A stretch of DNA of 64,000 nt from Ascidiella aspersa (taxonomy: Eukaryota), in contig OZ004615.1 in the NCBI GenBank assembly GCA_963924565.1, forward strand, positions 25,978,001 to 26,042,000, given 5' to 3'. The translations under genes and the position numbers were made by a program. Position 1 is the first letter of the stretch. Each line of letters opens with the position of its first letter. The notes under the pieces are model-generated. The model was not told the DNA's origin. It worked only from the letters and a program-made list of their open reading frames with translations, and did no database searches. This document shows positions 12,301 through 27,300 of this stretch, one piece after another.

Positions 12301-15300
12301 AGACCAACATATGCCGGCATTTACGGAGGGAGGAATAATTAGCCGTTATATGACAGCGAACACACTTAGAAAGGCGATGTTTAGACTGGGAACCGCAGTT
12401 TTGTGAGTAGAGCAAAAAGCACACATTTTAAATTTGTAAACCACGAACTAAGAAGCAATACTCATCATTGCGAATGTGATTTCAATTCAACCCTAAAAAT
12501 CTCTATTTATTATTATCGATAATTCGTTTGCCAAAGAAGCATTTTCGTCATCATTTAAGTTTAATAACTCCTTCCAAAAATTAACCTACATAAAATATAC
12601 ATAACTAATTATAGAGGATGGCATATTATATAAAGTAAAAAATACTTTAGAGATGTTTATAAGGATTTAAGCAAATTAAAAACTAACGAAACTAAACGTC
12701 ATTAATTTTCGAATGGTGATGAAAAATCTCGTGCAGAAATCGAAAATAGCACGGCTAGGTGGGCGATTACCAACAAACATACAAACGTCCCACCCACGTT
12801 ATATTACTGCTGAGCGCTTGCGCTTCAAGCAACATTATACAAAGCTGGAATCTCGACCGCTTGCTGCAAACTGCATTTTGTACAAATACAGAAACGCTGC
12901 AAACCTTCAAGGGCTACTTATTGTATCGAAACACTTTCAATGCAATATTTTATAGTCACAGTTTGGAGTGGCTAATACAGTGGTTCTCAATTTCCTTGTT
13001 TTGGCAAATTTGGAACAAATGTTGGACGTTAACTGCATTTTGCACTAAAAATTTTACACCCAGGCCAATTTGGTGACTTGTTCGTTTTGGAAAATTTAAA
13101 GCAGCCTTTTTTAGTAACAATAAATGCACGTCAGGGATAATAATAACTGTAAGCATTTTATTGCCGCAATTGAGTTGAAATTACCAAACAGAAACATTTT
13201 TTGGCTTCCTTAGTAAGACCAGGGCGTTGCTGAGCACAGTTCAAGAACTTCTGGGCTAAAAAATCATAATCTGCATAAACATTCAATATAGCAGCAGCAT
13301 TCTACACGGCAGATAGAAACAAACCTTCAGGCTTTATATTAAATAAACCTTTTAGTAAAGCTGACTAAACATAAAACTAACTAATAAAATTAATTTTAGT
13401 CATCACATTAACGCAAGTGACAGCAACAGTGTTCAGAATAGAGTGTTATTTCCATCTCAACCGCTTCAACTTATAAAGCATTTGAAGTTTAAAGGACGCA
13501 CTTTCATCGATTCATCGAACAAACGCAACAATCGACTTTCAAAAAACTCGCACTCTGATAAACCACATTATGACGCGACACTAAAGAGTGAATGTGACGT
13601 CACAAAACGATACCAAGTTTAAAAGATGCAACATGCTTTCTAAATTCGAGGCATTTATAAAGGCCTTAAATGAACGGATACCTAAAAATTATTCTTTTCA
13701 AAATTTGATTTAGTAGGAGCTTATAATTACCGTTAATACAGGTATTTCACGTACAAATAAAATATAACATTACGACGCTTTGGGTCTATATAGTCACATT
13801 TATAACGGCATTACAAGGCTACTACATCACAACGCATTTATAAACGATAAACAAAAACTTAGCGTTTGATTTGCGAAAACACAAATTAGCAGAGACTGGT
13901 TTAGCGGTTTCATGAGAAGAACTATTTCACGAAACGCCACACTAAGAACTTATCCTGGCCTTTTTACCCAGTTCAGCTGAATAAAAACGGTCAGGGAAAT
14001 TTATTTTCCCTTTGTGTGTTTTTTAAACTGTGCATATTATTTTCATATTCTAAAGAAAGATGCCTAAATGCTACTAAAATAAAATTATATATAAAGTGAA
14101 TTTGAGATTGGAAGATTAAATATAAAAATTATTATTTACAAAATACTTTTTTTTATAGAGGCTGGATAGGTTTGGAAAATTGAGTAACGTGTAAAACAAG
14201 TTAGAACAATATATGTTATATTACCGGGTGTATTAAACCGTCAATATCCCTTTAATTGCTAACGAACTCGTTAAAGCTCCCTAACCACCGTTAAAAACAC
14301 CCAACAAACTGCTTAAATCCACCTTAAAACGCCAGGTTTAAATATTCTTCGTATTTCAAGGGATCGTATTACCAAGGACTGGCTCACATTCCCGTAACAA
14401 GTTCCTAAAACTCGGAACTTGAGTAAACATCGTTAAAACTAAAACAAACGAAGGTTTCTTGCCTCTAGCTTAGTTCACTTAGACATTGCTAGTCTCTACC
14501 AAACTGCTTTGCTCAAACCTTAACCTCAACCTCTAACTCTACAAGATCATTTCTAACTGCAATTCATGATTTATTTTGATAATCGCTATTTTACAAACAT
14601 AAACTTCACAAGGAAATGTTGTTGAAGTTCGTATTTTGTAACCTGGTATTTGATATAATTAAAAATTCCTTAAAATCTGTTGCTCTATAAAAATTAGAAC
14701 AAAATTCGCACGGAAAATGTTGGCCCTCAGTAAGCTACCAACCTGCCACGCTCAAACCTTAACTTAAACAACCCGGATTGAACCTTAAGTTTAAAAGATC
14801 GTTTCTAACTGTAATTCGTGATTTTTAGGTTTAAAATCGCTAGTTTACAAAGCAAATAGCAAAGTATATCGTATTTTGCCACTCTTAAATCCGAAATTTA
14901 AAATTTGTAAAAACTGTTGCTCTATAAAAATTAGAACAAAATTCGCACCGATAAATCTTGGCCTCCAAGAAAATTTCGGCCGCACAAAACCGCCGTGCAA
15001 CGCTACTAGCTGGAGTTATTGGATTACAGCTTGCTGCGTCGGATTACTTGGCGTCTAAGTAGTTGTCATTGGTGGTGAATAGCTGAGTGGCTAGACGCAT
15101 TAGCGTGTCGCACAAAAACCACCAGTAATCCCCACAAGGTAGCAAGAAAAGCGGAAAAAGTTGAGGCTGTTGGAAAGTTCATGAAGCATGGACGAAGCTA
15201 AACAACCGTGGCATCTGCTCAAATTCCTGCTACCCACAACCAGGGTTGTTAAGGTGTTTTGTGGAACTGAAACTATCTGTAAATTTCCCAACTGTCTTTT

Positions 15301-18300
15301 TAAATTACAAGTTGATAAATATTGAGCTTTTGCAACCATGGTCAATTTTACATGCTTATATTAAATACCTTCATTCTTTAAAACTTCTTAGCCGCCACCA
15401 AAGATAAATATAAGACCTGATTGGAACTTAATAACAGTGCATTTGACATTAATGGCACGCTCAACCGTTTTTGTGGGTTTACCGTTATTTCTTTGCAATA
15501 TAATCATTACGCTTTTGCATGCCATTTCAAAATTTATACACAGAACCAGAGCAAAATAATATGAAAATTTAGGGACGTTTAATTCAGCACTGAGACAGAT
15601 CAAAATAAAATCACAAAAATGGAAGTAATACAGAAATACTTCAAAGAAAGAAATATAGATTAAAAAAAAATGCGTGAACCTGTTTAACTATGTCTTAAAA
15701 TGAATACGGCAGAAATATTCTTAAGTTTACAAATGGAGCAACAAACGTGTGCTCTGTACAAAGTTTGGCTGCGTTTTCCTATTCTTTGAACTTCATGCTA
15801 AAAATCTTACTTTAGCACAGGAGTTCTCAACTTGGAACCCTTACTTCACATCGTGTGACCACCAGCTCCAAGTATCAACACAACTTACAATATAACCCAC
15901 AATGTGTTGATGCTAAGGTCACGCTCTAACGCCGGTCAAATGCATTTCCTCAAGCGAAACAGCCGAGGAGGTCTTATTACTAAGTGAAGTAAAACTTTAT
16001 TTTTAACAACATTGCGATACTTGAGGAAAGATTCCTGAAATAAACCAACCCAAGATGGAAGTACGTCAGAAATATCACACAAGCAAAACAAAAAAAATGT
16101 TGAAAATGAACAAAGATATATTCGAAACGTTCACGAAACGCTTCCTACTTCTGCATGTGCTTTGATAGTCCTTCTACGTTCAACCACCACCTCAAGCCAT
16201 TACGGAAGTGTAACCTGGCAAATGTTAAACAGACACCAAACTAACATAAACAAACATGTGATGTTTAACGAGAAAAAGTAAAGTTTTTCTGCTTTAACGT
16301 TATGTTTATATCGTATCGTTGTAGTTTTAACCAAAAATATCGGGTATATTATCGGAAGTATCAAATATCGGACAAGCCTACACAGTTGTGGAAATATTTT
16401 TTAGTTTTCAAAGCAATCCGGGTCTGTAAATAGCCAGTTAAAACACAGGCCAGTTTCTGTATTGTAACCAACATTTACCACGCTTTGGCCCCACATTGCA
16501 TTTATGCGTAAATAAGCGAATCGGGAAAATAGCCAATAGGCACTTCTTAAGGCTATTTACACGGCTGTTTTAAAGTATAAAAATGAAAAAAATTCGAAAA
16601 TTTTAATTTACTACCAGTCTACCACCACCCAAACCCAAACCCAAGCCCCAACCAAAAGAATTATCAATGCATAATCACGTATGAATGCAATATAGCAAAA
16701 ATCATACGTAAGCCTGCATTTTGTGCAGATATTACATGAACAATCCTCAAAAGACAAAAAACAGCAAAAACACGGCGTACAAGCTTTCCAGACCTAGAAT
16801 CACGTGACCCCATTGTTACGACAGGGTGTCTTATTACGTAACAAGTATCACATAATAATCGCCCATTATTACGTTACAGGGGTAAGTGGATCTGTCTGAA
16901 TTGAACCCTCTTCGTTCGCTAACAATCGTTTGTTTTATTGTAGAATGAAGAGGAATACTTTGATACATTTGCGAAAATCGTTACAAATATGGTTCCAATT
17001 ATGCCACAGATGCACCATGAAGTATTTTTAAACGCAACCTACTCAATCTGTAGCACTGCCAGCTTTAGGCTGTTTTGAAACAGAATTCGGCGCTGGTCCA
17101 CCACTTTTTTTACAGTAACAAAACGAGTTGGCAAAATTAAAATTGCAAGGAAGAAATAAATATATTTATAATATTAAATATATTTATTTCTTCATTGCAA
17201 TTTAAAAAAAAAAGAATATATACCTGACCAACCCGAACCTAAACAATAATCCGCACTCTAACCAAAATAATGTTATCAAAACAAACCCCCGGACGAGAAT
17301 GTGGTAGGATTCTAGATCAGCGCCCAACATACTAGATGTGTGACGTTTAAATGTGACAACATGCATTAAAATAGATTCCCAGCAAGCTTAATAAAAACTA
17401 AGCTGCATAATGTGAAACAATCGTAAAACATACAAACATTGTAGCATAATGCGTGAGGTTGTTCGATGTAGTAGGAATATCTAAGCCCATACAAAAGTAT
17501 AGGAAGCATTTTCAACGTTTTTATAAATCTTAAGAAAATGGCTGGAGGTTGTAGTAAAACGTAATAAGAATATCAGAGCCCATACAGAAGTAGGTGTCAT
17601 TTTGAACGTTTCGAATAACTCTTTATTCATTTTCAAGATCTTAACATCACCTTACAACACCCACCACTAAACAACATACAAACACTTTCAAGCAATCGTC
17701 AGTAAACAGCAACATCCTACAACAACTTTTTCATTTCAATTAACCTCAGCTTTTGCCCAAAGCTCACAATCCAGTCGCTGCTCGGCTTGGCTTAACTTGT
17801 TTACATTCAAAACCACTCAAACCGATTATCCAATACTAACGTGTGTGACGTCACAGTCCTCGTGCAGTCAAGAGAATCGGACGGAAGTAATAAAGCGAGG
17901 GGCTCGGCATTTGAAAGAACAGGTTTTCATTTAACAGTTAAATAGATGCAAAAAGCGTTTAGGTGCTGCACGGATCTGTAAGGTAGCTTAAAAATGAATG
18001 TTAGAGCCAAAGTTCAAGTAAATCGACGTCATTTAATTGCCTTCCACCTTTAAAAGTGAGATTTGAATGGATTTCAGCTGATGATAAAACAACTTCGTAT
18101 TAAAATGTCTTTTTTAAGATGATGTCGATCTATTTAGCTTTGACATTCATATTTAACTATAAGTTTGAAGATGATCGATGTTGCTGACTTTAATTGGTGA
18201 AAACTTTTAAACAACAAACAAAAATTTAGTAAGACGTTTCAAATTTGCAACCAAAACATTGCATTTGTTCTAAATCCAAGTTTTTTCGGTTTTATTATTG

Positions 18301-21300
18301 AACAAATCGAATTCTGGTTCAAAACATTAAACCAGCAAAGCGTGACGCTTCAATTGCTAGTTACGACACAATAATTGCACAAGATTGGTTGTTACGTCAC
18401 AAACATAAGAGTATTGATGTCGATAAAGAATAAAAGACTCATAGAGGAACTCAATAACACCCCCCAAAAAATCCTAAAAACTTGATAGAAAAGTAAAAAA
18501 AAATATATTTCTTTATGCTCAAGTGATACTTTTATTGATTAAAATACACAACATTTCACCACGTGCTCAAAAGTGGCCAATAGACATATTTTAAAGTAAA
18601 GATGAATTCAAATCTCGTTATGCAGTTATTACTGTCAGTTGTGACCACAACAAACGCCATTGACTTGCCCCAAGCAATACTTACTTGTGATTAAGCTTAC
18701 TGAATGCGATTTTATATAAACAAGTCGCAAAATGCAGTTATGTTTTAAAATAGCTAATATATGCCCTTAAGTATACTGACTTTTAAAGCTACAGTAACAC
18801 AAAACAAGTAATGCGTCGCCTTATTCATGAAACAACTAATAATTAATATATTGCAAAACGTAATTGCGGTAATACAAAAATATTTTTACAGATTTTTCAC
18901 TTGCAACTCTTTTTTTAAACGTCAAATTATGCAAACCAGGAAGTATACATCAAAACGTTTCCAAATGCTGCTAGGAAAGGCCTCATACTTTAACCACATA
19001 TTTACGACTTCCAAACATAGTGAACCGTCCCTGTATTTTCAACGCCAAAAAAACACTAAATACATCATAATCAAGCTATTGCAGCTTCACAGCATCTGCA
19101 AATGCACTAATACCTACAGTCCTACACTCTAAAAACAACAGTTTTTGGAAAGAAATGTGACAACTGCAAATAGCTGCCAATCCAGTCTTACAAAACCGCC
19201 AAAGTAATCGCCTCATTGATGGGTTGAATCTCATATTACCAACTCTGTAAAGCTGTCAGCCATTCAATTTAGTTTGCTAAGAGATCGGTTTGACGGCGCA
19301 TCCTGTTTTGACTGAAGCTATAAAAAAGTCGAACAAACCTTCTCAAAGGCATCACAAGAAAACAAGAATAGAACTGTACAAAAGCAGCAAGGCATTCTGC
19401 CTGCAGCTTTACAACTCATTGTCTACAGAGTGGCGATTTAATTGAAGCTCTCTGCGCGAAGCAAAACACACAGGCTGCAATTGAAGGGCTTCCCACGCTC
19501 AAACAACAGACCTATCATTGCTGGTGCAAGGATTGACTCACTGTTGCTGCAACTAATTGTAGTTTGCTGCTCTGAGAACCGACATATACAATTGTCGGAA
19601 GCTTATATGCTGTTATAATTCCTGTTTAGGGATATTTCTGAATCAAGTATTTTTATTATCAGGCTTTTTTAAGAATGAGATTCTTTCGATTTATTGACGT
19701 TTATTAATAGGCGTTTGTTTTCACGTTGACCATGAACGCAATTTTAACGACTTATAGTTGTTATAAGTTTTTTTATTGACTACAGAGTGTAAAAATTGAC
19801 GCAACAAAACTATAAAGACGTAGTAAGATTACATTTTGAACGTTTCATGTTTCATGCTGAAAATGAATCAATATTTATTCGAAACTTTTGAAAGGCTTTC
19901 TACTTCTGTATGGGCTATATTCTTTATTTTACGTCTACGATTCAATCTCTGCCTTATTTGTCAATGTATTATTAAATCATGTTTTCTCGCTTGAATGTAC
20001 GACAAGAGGTGACACGTTTTTGTGTGAAGATAAAATCTCGCTAAAACTACGAGATGATTCACACAAGTTGAGGCTGTATGAGTGGTCGGTTGGTATCAGT
20101 CATACAATGTCGCCTGAGTAAACAAACGAACAAATGCTTCTGATCAAATTCACAGCTTGACTTGTTCGATATAGAAGTCATAAAAACAGGTGAAATCTGG
20201 TGTTGTTTTAAAACAAAGTAAAGTGCTCGAAATTCTAACTACGCCCATTTAAATGGTTAAGCAAATGCTGCCACAGCTTGACTGGTTCGCTAGGGCACGA
20301 GACAAGTGGAAAAATACAATTTATATATATAAATGGATATTCGATAGATATGTTTTATTGTTTGGGAAACGGATTCCCAGGTAGCACCGAAAGACCGTTA
20401 GATATTATGCAAGTTTCAAAATTTAGATTTGCTGCGGTAATGTGTGTCCTAAATATCTAACCCTAAATATGTGAAATAACAATCGATATTTCTGAAACTA
20501 GAGACGAAAAAATGAAAGTTGTCATCAGCTTTTTAAAAGGTTTGGCTTCGTGACCCGCTGGGAAATTTTAAAACCACAAAATATTTCCATCAAAGTATAA
20601 CTGCTATTTTTCTGCTGTATAGCTACAGAAGTAGGCTAAACTTGAAGAGACTCCTCAAATCCTCCAAAAAATCACTGATTGTCAACTTAAAACGTACTTT
20701 ATTCGATTTATCATTGCACCCCTACACTCCTACAGGTACAAATGATATTATTTCCCAAGTTTTAAAGTGTATGTAGACCACACTTATTGTGTAATTACAA
20801 TACATCACACATTAGGAAACATATGCCTTAAGAAAGGACTGGAACAATTCTGCGACAAACTGCATTGACTGAAGTTTAAAATACATACAACCTGTACTTA
20901 TATCTGATAAAAATTGTACAAACGGTCACTCTAATCACCTAAAGCTGTCTATCATTTAAAGGTACCATCATTTAAACAAAGAAAAACTGCGATCTCTACA
21001 GTGATTTTAGGCAATTGTTTGAACCTTAATAATACAGTGACCATTGGCATAAAACCACAACCCTGGTGCAATCAACACACAACATACTGATCAGCACAAC
21101 TAATAATATTTGATGTCTGTTAATAAATAGCCAACTGTGGCCACAGGACGTTTATATTTGGTCAGTGTTGGTTTGCTCAACCACGCCAAAATAAACACAA
21201 ACACAACTTCTAAAAATTGATTTCGAATGTAAATTGTAAAAACACTACTACTTTAACGCTATTATATTTCAGTAATTTTTTTTATCTAAAATATCTAAGG

Positions 21301-24300
21301 GAGAGTAAGCTGGTAAAATATCTAAAGAAGATTTCACCAACACTTACGTTGTTTTAAAATCAACGAAAAAGTTTTAACAATTTTTTACATACATCGCGTG
21401 ATTTTTTACCCAAAGTTACACCCACCATAGTTTCTGAACTAAACGCACAGAAAATAACCGGAAAATATTTGAATTAAATCACATTTTCTCTCCAATGACA
21501 TCACAAATTATGACGTCACAATCCTACCTTTGTTCCCGAACGAGCTGTTTGGCAGCTGTGACGTCATCACCGGTAATTGGTTGCGTCATCGAACGTCGTT
21601 CGCGGAATTTCTTTTTGGCAATTATTCGCCTCTGGAAAAGGATTTATATTTTAAAAATGAAAAAAAATTCAAAAATAGCCTGGTAAAAGCATGTATTTTC
21701 TACTGCAATAAACAAAAACATCAATGTTTTTCAAAGATTTTAAATAGGTATTGTATTTTTAACCCACAAAGCTAATGGCATTACAATTTAAACATAACTT
21801 TTAAGGTCTTTTAAAATGTCTGTGGCATATTAACTAGTTTTTCTGCAGAAATGATAAAATCTTGTCGTATATAACTTAAAATAAGTTTCAACTTTTGCGG
21901 ATGAGAATGCTGTTTCTAATCAATATTGTACAGTAAAACATTCTGTGCTGCATCTTCAAAAAGTTTTATATTCTAGGTTTACTAAAACTGGTCTCACCTG
22001 TCACAGCTATTACACTACAGCAATGCTAGCAAGGCGTTCCACTTATGAAGGTTTGCAGATCGGGCAGGTGCCTTCATTCACACAAGACCTTACTTAAACA
22101 CAAGTTAAAGAACAAACAGCTCAATATTTACCTGGATATTTGACTTGGGGGTCGATTTGCTTTCATTTTGAGGCAGATTTACTTCTTTGTAGTCCATTTG
22201 TGGAACCACTGAATCCTCGGGTTCACTATAAGAACAAATAAAGTTCATTCAAACAAAAAAGCGACTTAAGAAGGGCAGATCACAGTTGTTGTACACATAT
22301 GTGTGTACATCTTTCGTTACTTCCAACAAGCAAAAAATCGCTATGAAATTACGAAAATAATCAATGAACTCTTCAGAACCAAAGTTTAAACATTTTTTAC
22401 AACAAAAACAGCCACCGGCTACAAAGCCACGCGTGGCCTATAAAAAGCATGCTTTCTAAAAACAACTTCACAACACAGGTATTCATGCCTATTCATTTTG
22501 AGCATGTTAAATTAGCTCCCTGCGTGATTTTGCGTTGTGGTAATCTTTGCACTTTTGTGACACCGCGTATAATGTGGTATGGTGTGTGGGGTAGTGTTTA
22601 TTGGACGACGGGCATGGGTGGGTTCACAGCCCGGGTTGGGGTTAGGGGCATACCATAACTCTAAAAGACAACTTAAGTTTTTTTGATAGATTTAGGTTTT
22701 TATAGATTTTACAAATTTACTAAAAATATTCTAGTAGTTAATTTTTGTTGAGCACTAAAACTATTTTCCTACGCATTTTGTCCCCTTTAAGTCAGTTACC
22801 AGTTTATTTAACTAAATAGCACACGAAAACGTTATATTTATAAATTCTTATTTCTTTTTGCCCTTTTAGGCACGGCACCTTATTTAATTTAATTGAGTTA
22901 AATAAAAACTTTGGTGGAATTATAAAACGTTTAACATTGACAGTAATTAAATGCATTCCATTATAAGCACAACATACCCTTTCATAGTGTCAAACCTTTT
23001 GCCGATTCTGGGAAATTTTACATTCGAAAAGTCTCGCTACATCCAAATACAACCTTGTAACTGTAGAAATGCTGCAACCTTTACTCACTCTCAACACACA
23101 GTGGTGTTATGGATCAATTCAAGGAAATATAACGACAGGAAAGAGCCTTTCTATTCACGCAACGATCATTTAAACCTCTGCTTTTAAGCTTTATTTCAAA
23201 CCTAGAAACTACAGACTAACAGCGGTTTAAATATTAACTTTGATAACACTCAATTATAAAGAGGCCATAAAAGAAAAGGTTAAGTTTTTATTTTAAACAA
23301 ACTCATAAAGGTTTATGTAGCGATATGTTAACGGCAAAAATCTTTTAGCAACTTTTAGGGCTTGATATCTTAATTTTGAGCAGAGTTAAAGATGTAATGA
23401 TACCAAATAGGGAAGTCCGACAATTTAGAAACCGACACCTGATACAAAGAGTTAGTATCTGAGCCGGTCCGACAGTAGTGTCGGTTACGATCCGATGCTT
23501 AATTAATATTGGGAAGTTCAGCAATGTTTTGCAATCCGACGCAGTAATTTATACATTGAAGAGCAATTTTTCAAACCAAAGTAGGTTAACGATTGGAGGC
23601 AACTAAACTAAAGCAAATTTTTGGCTGGTGACCTTACAAAAATTAGACGTTTCAAATTCATTTTTTTTGCTTATTTGAGTATGGTAATGACGTCATTTGG
23701 TATCGGGTCGCGATAATTTTTTTTACAAAATATCGGATTTATTGGAATAAAATGTACCGAACACCCCTAGTACTAATATATAAAACGCAATACGTTGATT
23801 AACGTTTGATTAACGATTTTAATTGATTAACGATTTGGACAATGATTTACTTCGATGTATGAACATTTGGTCGGCATCAGTTGGCAGCCTAAACTTGACT
23901 TTACAAAGAATGGCATTTACCTTATTACAAATAAGGCCGATAGGCTAACTATAGGTTAAATGAATGGCGAGTAAATTGAAGCCAGTTGCTACAACTCATT
24001 TAAACGCATCTTACAATAAATACCAACGAACAGAGGTTTTAAGTATTAGCGCCCAAAACATATTACCTGGTGGGTTAACTTCTACTGACTTTTCTTTAAC
24101 GTCCTCCAAAATCTTTAAAAATTTGCTGTTCTTTCAGATATATGTAACCTACACTAGTTGCACAAGTATACCTATAACTGGGATAATCCACATTGTACTA
24201 GATATAATGCTTTACATTTAGACCAAGTAACTCCTAACGCTGATTGTAAAGGTCTGAACGTTCCAGTAATAAAGTTCGATGACCCCACTACTACTACCAG

Positions 24301-27300
24301 CTTCTACACTATCCCAGGCCTTAGTGACGTCACAAAGAAGCCCTGTTTGATCACAGAGCATCGCAAACAATTGTCGGCGGTAAATATTTGAAGAATAACA
24401 TGACAATGGAACTCCAATTGTTTGTCACACTGGAAGATTGTTACTTGATAAACAACATCGCGTCCAGCAAACCGGATATTGTTGGTGCCTAACAAACTGA
24501 GAATTACAAATAGATTTAATCTGAAAATACTTTTGTTGTTTCTGAACTGAAGGAATACTGCCTCGCATTATATCTTATAAATTTAATAATGAATCAATAA
24601 ATTCTCTACAATCATGAATTCATATTGTGCAACTAAGCTGGATTTTACAGCAGAAGTCCTGCATCTGTGTGAAATACTATTTTACTTGAGTTAAATGAAA
24701 ACTATTTACATTTTAGTTGTTATCGTAGGCCCAGTAATAAACACTAAAGTTTGCTAAAAATGCAGCGGAAATTATGACCAGCATACATACTAAATGAAAA
24801 TGAACGAAGTGTAAATAGCCCACTGTGTTCTTCCACCTTCATGTTATAAAAGTTCGTTTTTTGCAGCCCAAGTCTAATTACAATTGGGCGCTGCACAAGC
24901 AATAAAAGAAATGGAGCCTTCCTATTTGGCACGCTTAAAGCTATAAACTGTCCATTGTTGTGAATTATTTAAACAGTTTTACATCAAGTACCACTTAGTT
25001 GGTAACTACCACTTGGCGTTTCAAATAAGTGTTGCAACATTTGTTGACCAATTTCAACCATGATTATAACGCGAATGTAGGATTAAAACTAGATTTACAG
25101 ACTTCTATAAGCAAAGTCCCACTTTATTTTATTTTACCTAGTTATATTTTAACTGTGTGACGCGTGACAACAAAGTACCTCGAGAGATGGGTATGCTGCT
25201 GTTAGTCTTTTTCAAGTTTTTGTTAACTTGTGAGCTTCATTTAAATCTAAAGTAACAATTTAAAACTCGTCAGCAAAAAAACAAGCTCTATTCTGCAACA
25301 AACTTTTAATATATGTTGCCTTGAAGTGTCCGACTGAAGGTCATAACAAGCAACTTTTTGAAAACGCATGAACACGTTAAGCTAACTAGAAACCATTGGT
25401 ATAACTATTTTTTCAAGTTTTTTATACAGATATGCAGCAAGCTAAATTTGAAGACACTATTAATCACAAACTAGTAGATCTAAAACTAGAGTCTTCTACA
25501 AGAAAATTTTCAAATTATTTTATTTTTCGCAGTATTTTTTAAATGTGTGCCGCATATTATGTTGTTTACATGTTGCTTGTCGGGCATTAGGGAGGAGGAT
25601 TGAAGTTATGACATTATTGACTATTAGTTAAAAGTGTTTATTTTTATTTCCTTAGTTCCCAAATCCAAGTGTAAGGCCGAATTCTAGCAATAGCCGTTTT
25701 CTGTTCTGTACGTAGTTCACACCAACCAGTTAACAGCTTAACGTTTTCCCCCAAAATGTTTGAAATTATATTTCAAGCGATTTGGCTTTGCTAGTTTTTA
25801 CATTTTTACCCTCAGACAAACGAACATCCAAACACTGTGTTTTTGCGGGTTTAAGGGATTGTTCCTCGCAATTCAACAGCATTTGTGGCTACAAATAAAA
25901 ACGTAAGAAAAATCGTCATAAACCTTGTTTATGACGTAATAATATAGTTTATCAATAAACATCTAAACCCTGGCCTGTTCTAGCTAAACGCGCAACAATC
26001 AATAGTTACAATAAAACCGTTTATTACGACACACACAAAAAAGTTGAATCTCGAACGCATATGATAATAATTAGCATTATGTGAATATGAATGAGAACAA
26101 ATTGTGATAATGACGTAACAATGCATAAAACCGGTGTGTATATAGCGACACCATGCGGCGATAATTTACTGCATTTTTTGCAATTATGGCCAAACAAAGA
26201 ACTTGTATATAACATAATAGGTGCTATCATGACGTCATGTATAGAACAAAGCATTTACAGAAGTGCATAAAACAGCGGATGGGCAGTAAGCGCTATGATG
26301 TAACAACGCTAATTACAATTACGTCACAATGAAACTAGTTCGCTAAATACATCGATGCTTCATAAAAACGCTTTTAATCGGTTTAAATAGGATTTGTACA
26401 GCAATAATTAAAAGACAAAAAGTTGAAGAATATCGCGAGAGCAATAGGTTCGACGCGGAGCACAAAAATAATTTCCGGCGGCGTATGACGTCAGTTCCAA
26501 TAAGTGCGTCACGAAATAACGATTAATATTTCTCAGTCGAGACATTTCGGGCAAAGTTACAACTTACTTCGCTTAAACTTTTCTCTTGAGTTCTTGTCGC
26601 AGTTTCCTTTGTGCGTAACAAACACACTTTGTTGCGTCAATGGATTGCACTTGGTTCTTATTACGTCAGAAACGTTTGCGTCGTTTTACGACAAAAAGCA
26701 AAAACAATCCGCAAAAAATAAAATTACTATTTCTAAAGATTGCATTCAAATAATTTCGTCGATGTCATGAAAATGCAAAACTATAAAACATTCCAAACAA
26801 AACGGAAAATAACACAAGAAAATACAAAGACATCAACGTTTAACAATCGCCTTGTGTGTTACGTCTTAATCTCGTATTATGACGTCACAAAACGTCCTTA
26901 TTCGCAAACAAAGATCGCCTAACGGTGGTCCCTGGCCTGACTGAGTAAGCTGATGTTAAACTCGACTTTCTACCTTGTGTATGGCGTGACGTCATGTCCC
27001 GATGGGGAATCCCCGTTGCTCGATGGCGACCTGCGAACAAAGTGGTGATTATTAAAGTGGTTTAAAAGTGGTCAATTTATAATTATGTGGATTATTTTAC
27101 CCAATTGACCTGGTCGGGCACAGGTGGCGATTTTTTATGTCTTGTTTTCAATATTGTCAAAAAAATGAAAATTTAGCTCGAAACATTGTAAAATAACTTT
27201 TTTTAAGTGTCATTATTTTTGCCAATATAAATCTGGTGTATCTTTGAATTCAAATTTATTTGAATGTAAATATTTTTGGTCAAATATGGTAATTTAGATC

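Noticed and set aside
17680-17705. Additional hammerhead on minus strand (CTGACGA TTGCTT GAAA)
   Set aside because: No helix II can form and there is no matching helix I or cleavage triplet.
24067-24488. Possible extra supervillin exon (donor at 24066)
   Set aside because: Stops in all frames over the full span; the open 3' portion ends in phase 1, incompatible with the phase-2 exon at 22225.
26568-26700. Possible exon ending at a gtaagt donor
   Set aside because: The phase-2 reading required by its neighbours has an immediate TAA.
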